A stretch of 64,000 nucleotides of DNA from an uncultured Gammaproteobacteria bacterium (GTDB lineage Bacteria; Patescibacteriota; Patescibacteriia; PEXW01), in assembly GCA_964486505.1 (NCBI GenBank), contig CAZAMC010000001.1, positions 106,133-170,132 on the forward strand. The letters run 5' to 3'. The number at the start of each line of letters is the position of its first letter. The first letter of the stretch is position 1. Below the pieces are notes generated by a model, which saw nothing but the letters and a program-made list of their open reading frames with translations, had not been told where the DNA came from and searched no databases. Of the stretch, positions 63,925-64,000 are shown one piece after another. Both the position numbers and the translations under genes were made by a program.

Positions 63925-64000
63925 GGCCGCAGTGTAGCGGAAATGGCTTGACCTGGCGAGGGTCAGCGGTCGCTGCGAACGGCGGGTTTTTCAGGCTTTG

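Noticed and set aside
1-64000. Alternative genetic code (UGA=Gly) as in Gracilibacteria/Absconditabacteria
   Set aside because: Conserved genes are full length in code 11 and several end in TGA at expected positions (for example priA, lysS, proS)

Overview
Bacterial chromosomal segment read in genetic code 11, with features typical of a Patescibacteria/CPR (Parcubacteria/ABY1-like) genome; this assignment is inferred from the short AlaS, an RpoA lacking its C-terminal domain, a degenerate PriA and Asn-rich surface proteins. The core genes are mnmA, fmt-def-priA, gltX, alr, serS, lysS, greA, an mreB-mreC-mreD-PBP2 elongasome, proS, rseP, frr, holB, a second mreB, a surface-glycan locus (GT2/GT4, O-antigen-ligase-like protein, flippase) and the infA-rpmJ-rpsM-rpsK-rpsD-rpoA-rplQ-rplM-rpsI operon preceded by alaS. 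An accessory region of about 16.5 kb (37.5-54.0 kb) splits the glycan locus. It ends in an AT-rich four-gene candidate defence operon: EcoRI-family m6A MTase, DUF262-HNH nuclease, stand-alone DpnI-like nuclease domain and membrane-anchored topoisomerase-type Zn ribbon. Notable non-coding signals are (i) many genes with a -10 hexamer exactly 6-7 nt before the ATG, suggesting leaderless transcripts, (ii) a 547-bp nested palindromic element between alaS and infA, and (iii) a structured leader upstream of infA. No rRNA, tRNA, CRISPR array, integrase or transposase was seen. All family assignments come from motif recognition by eye, not database searches.
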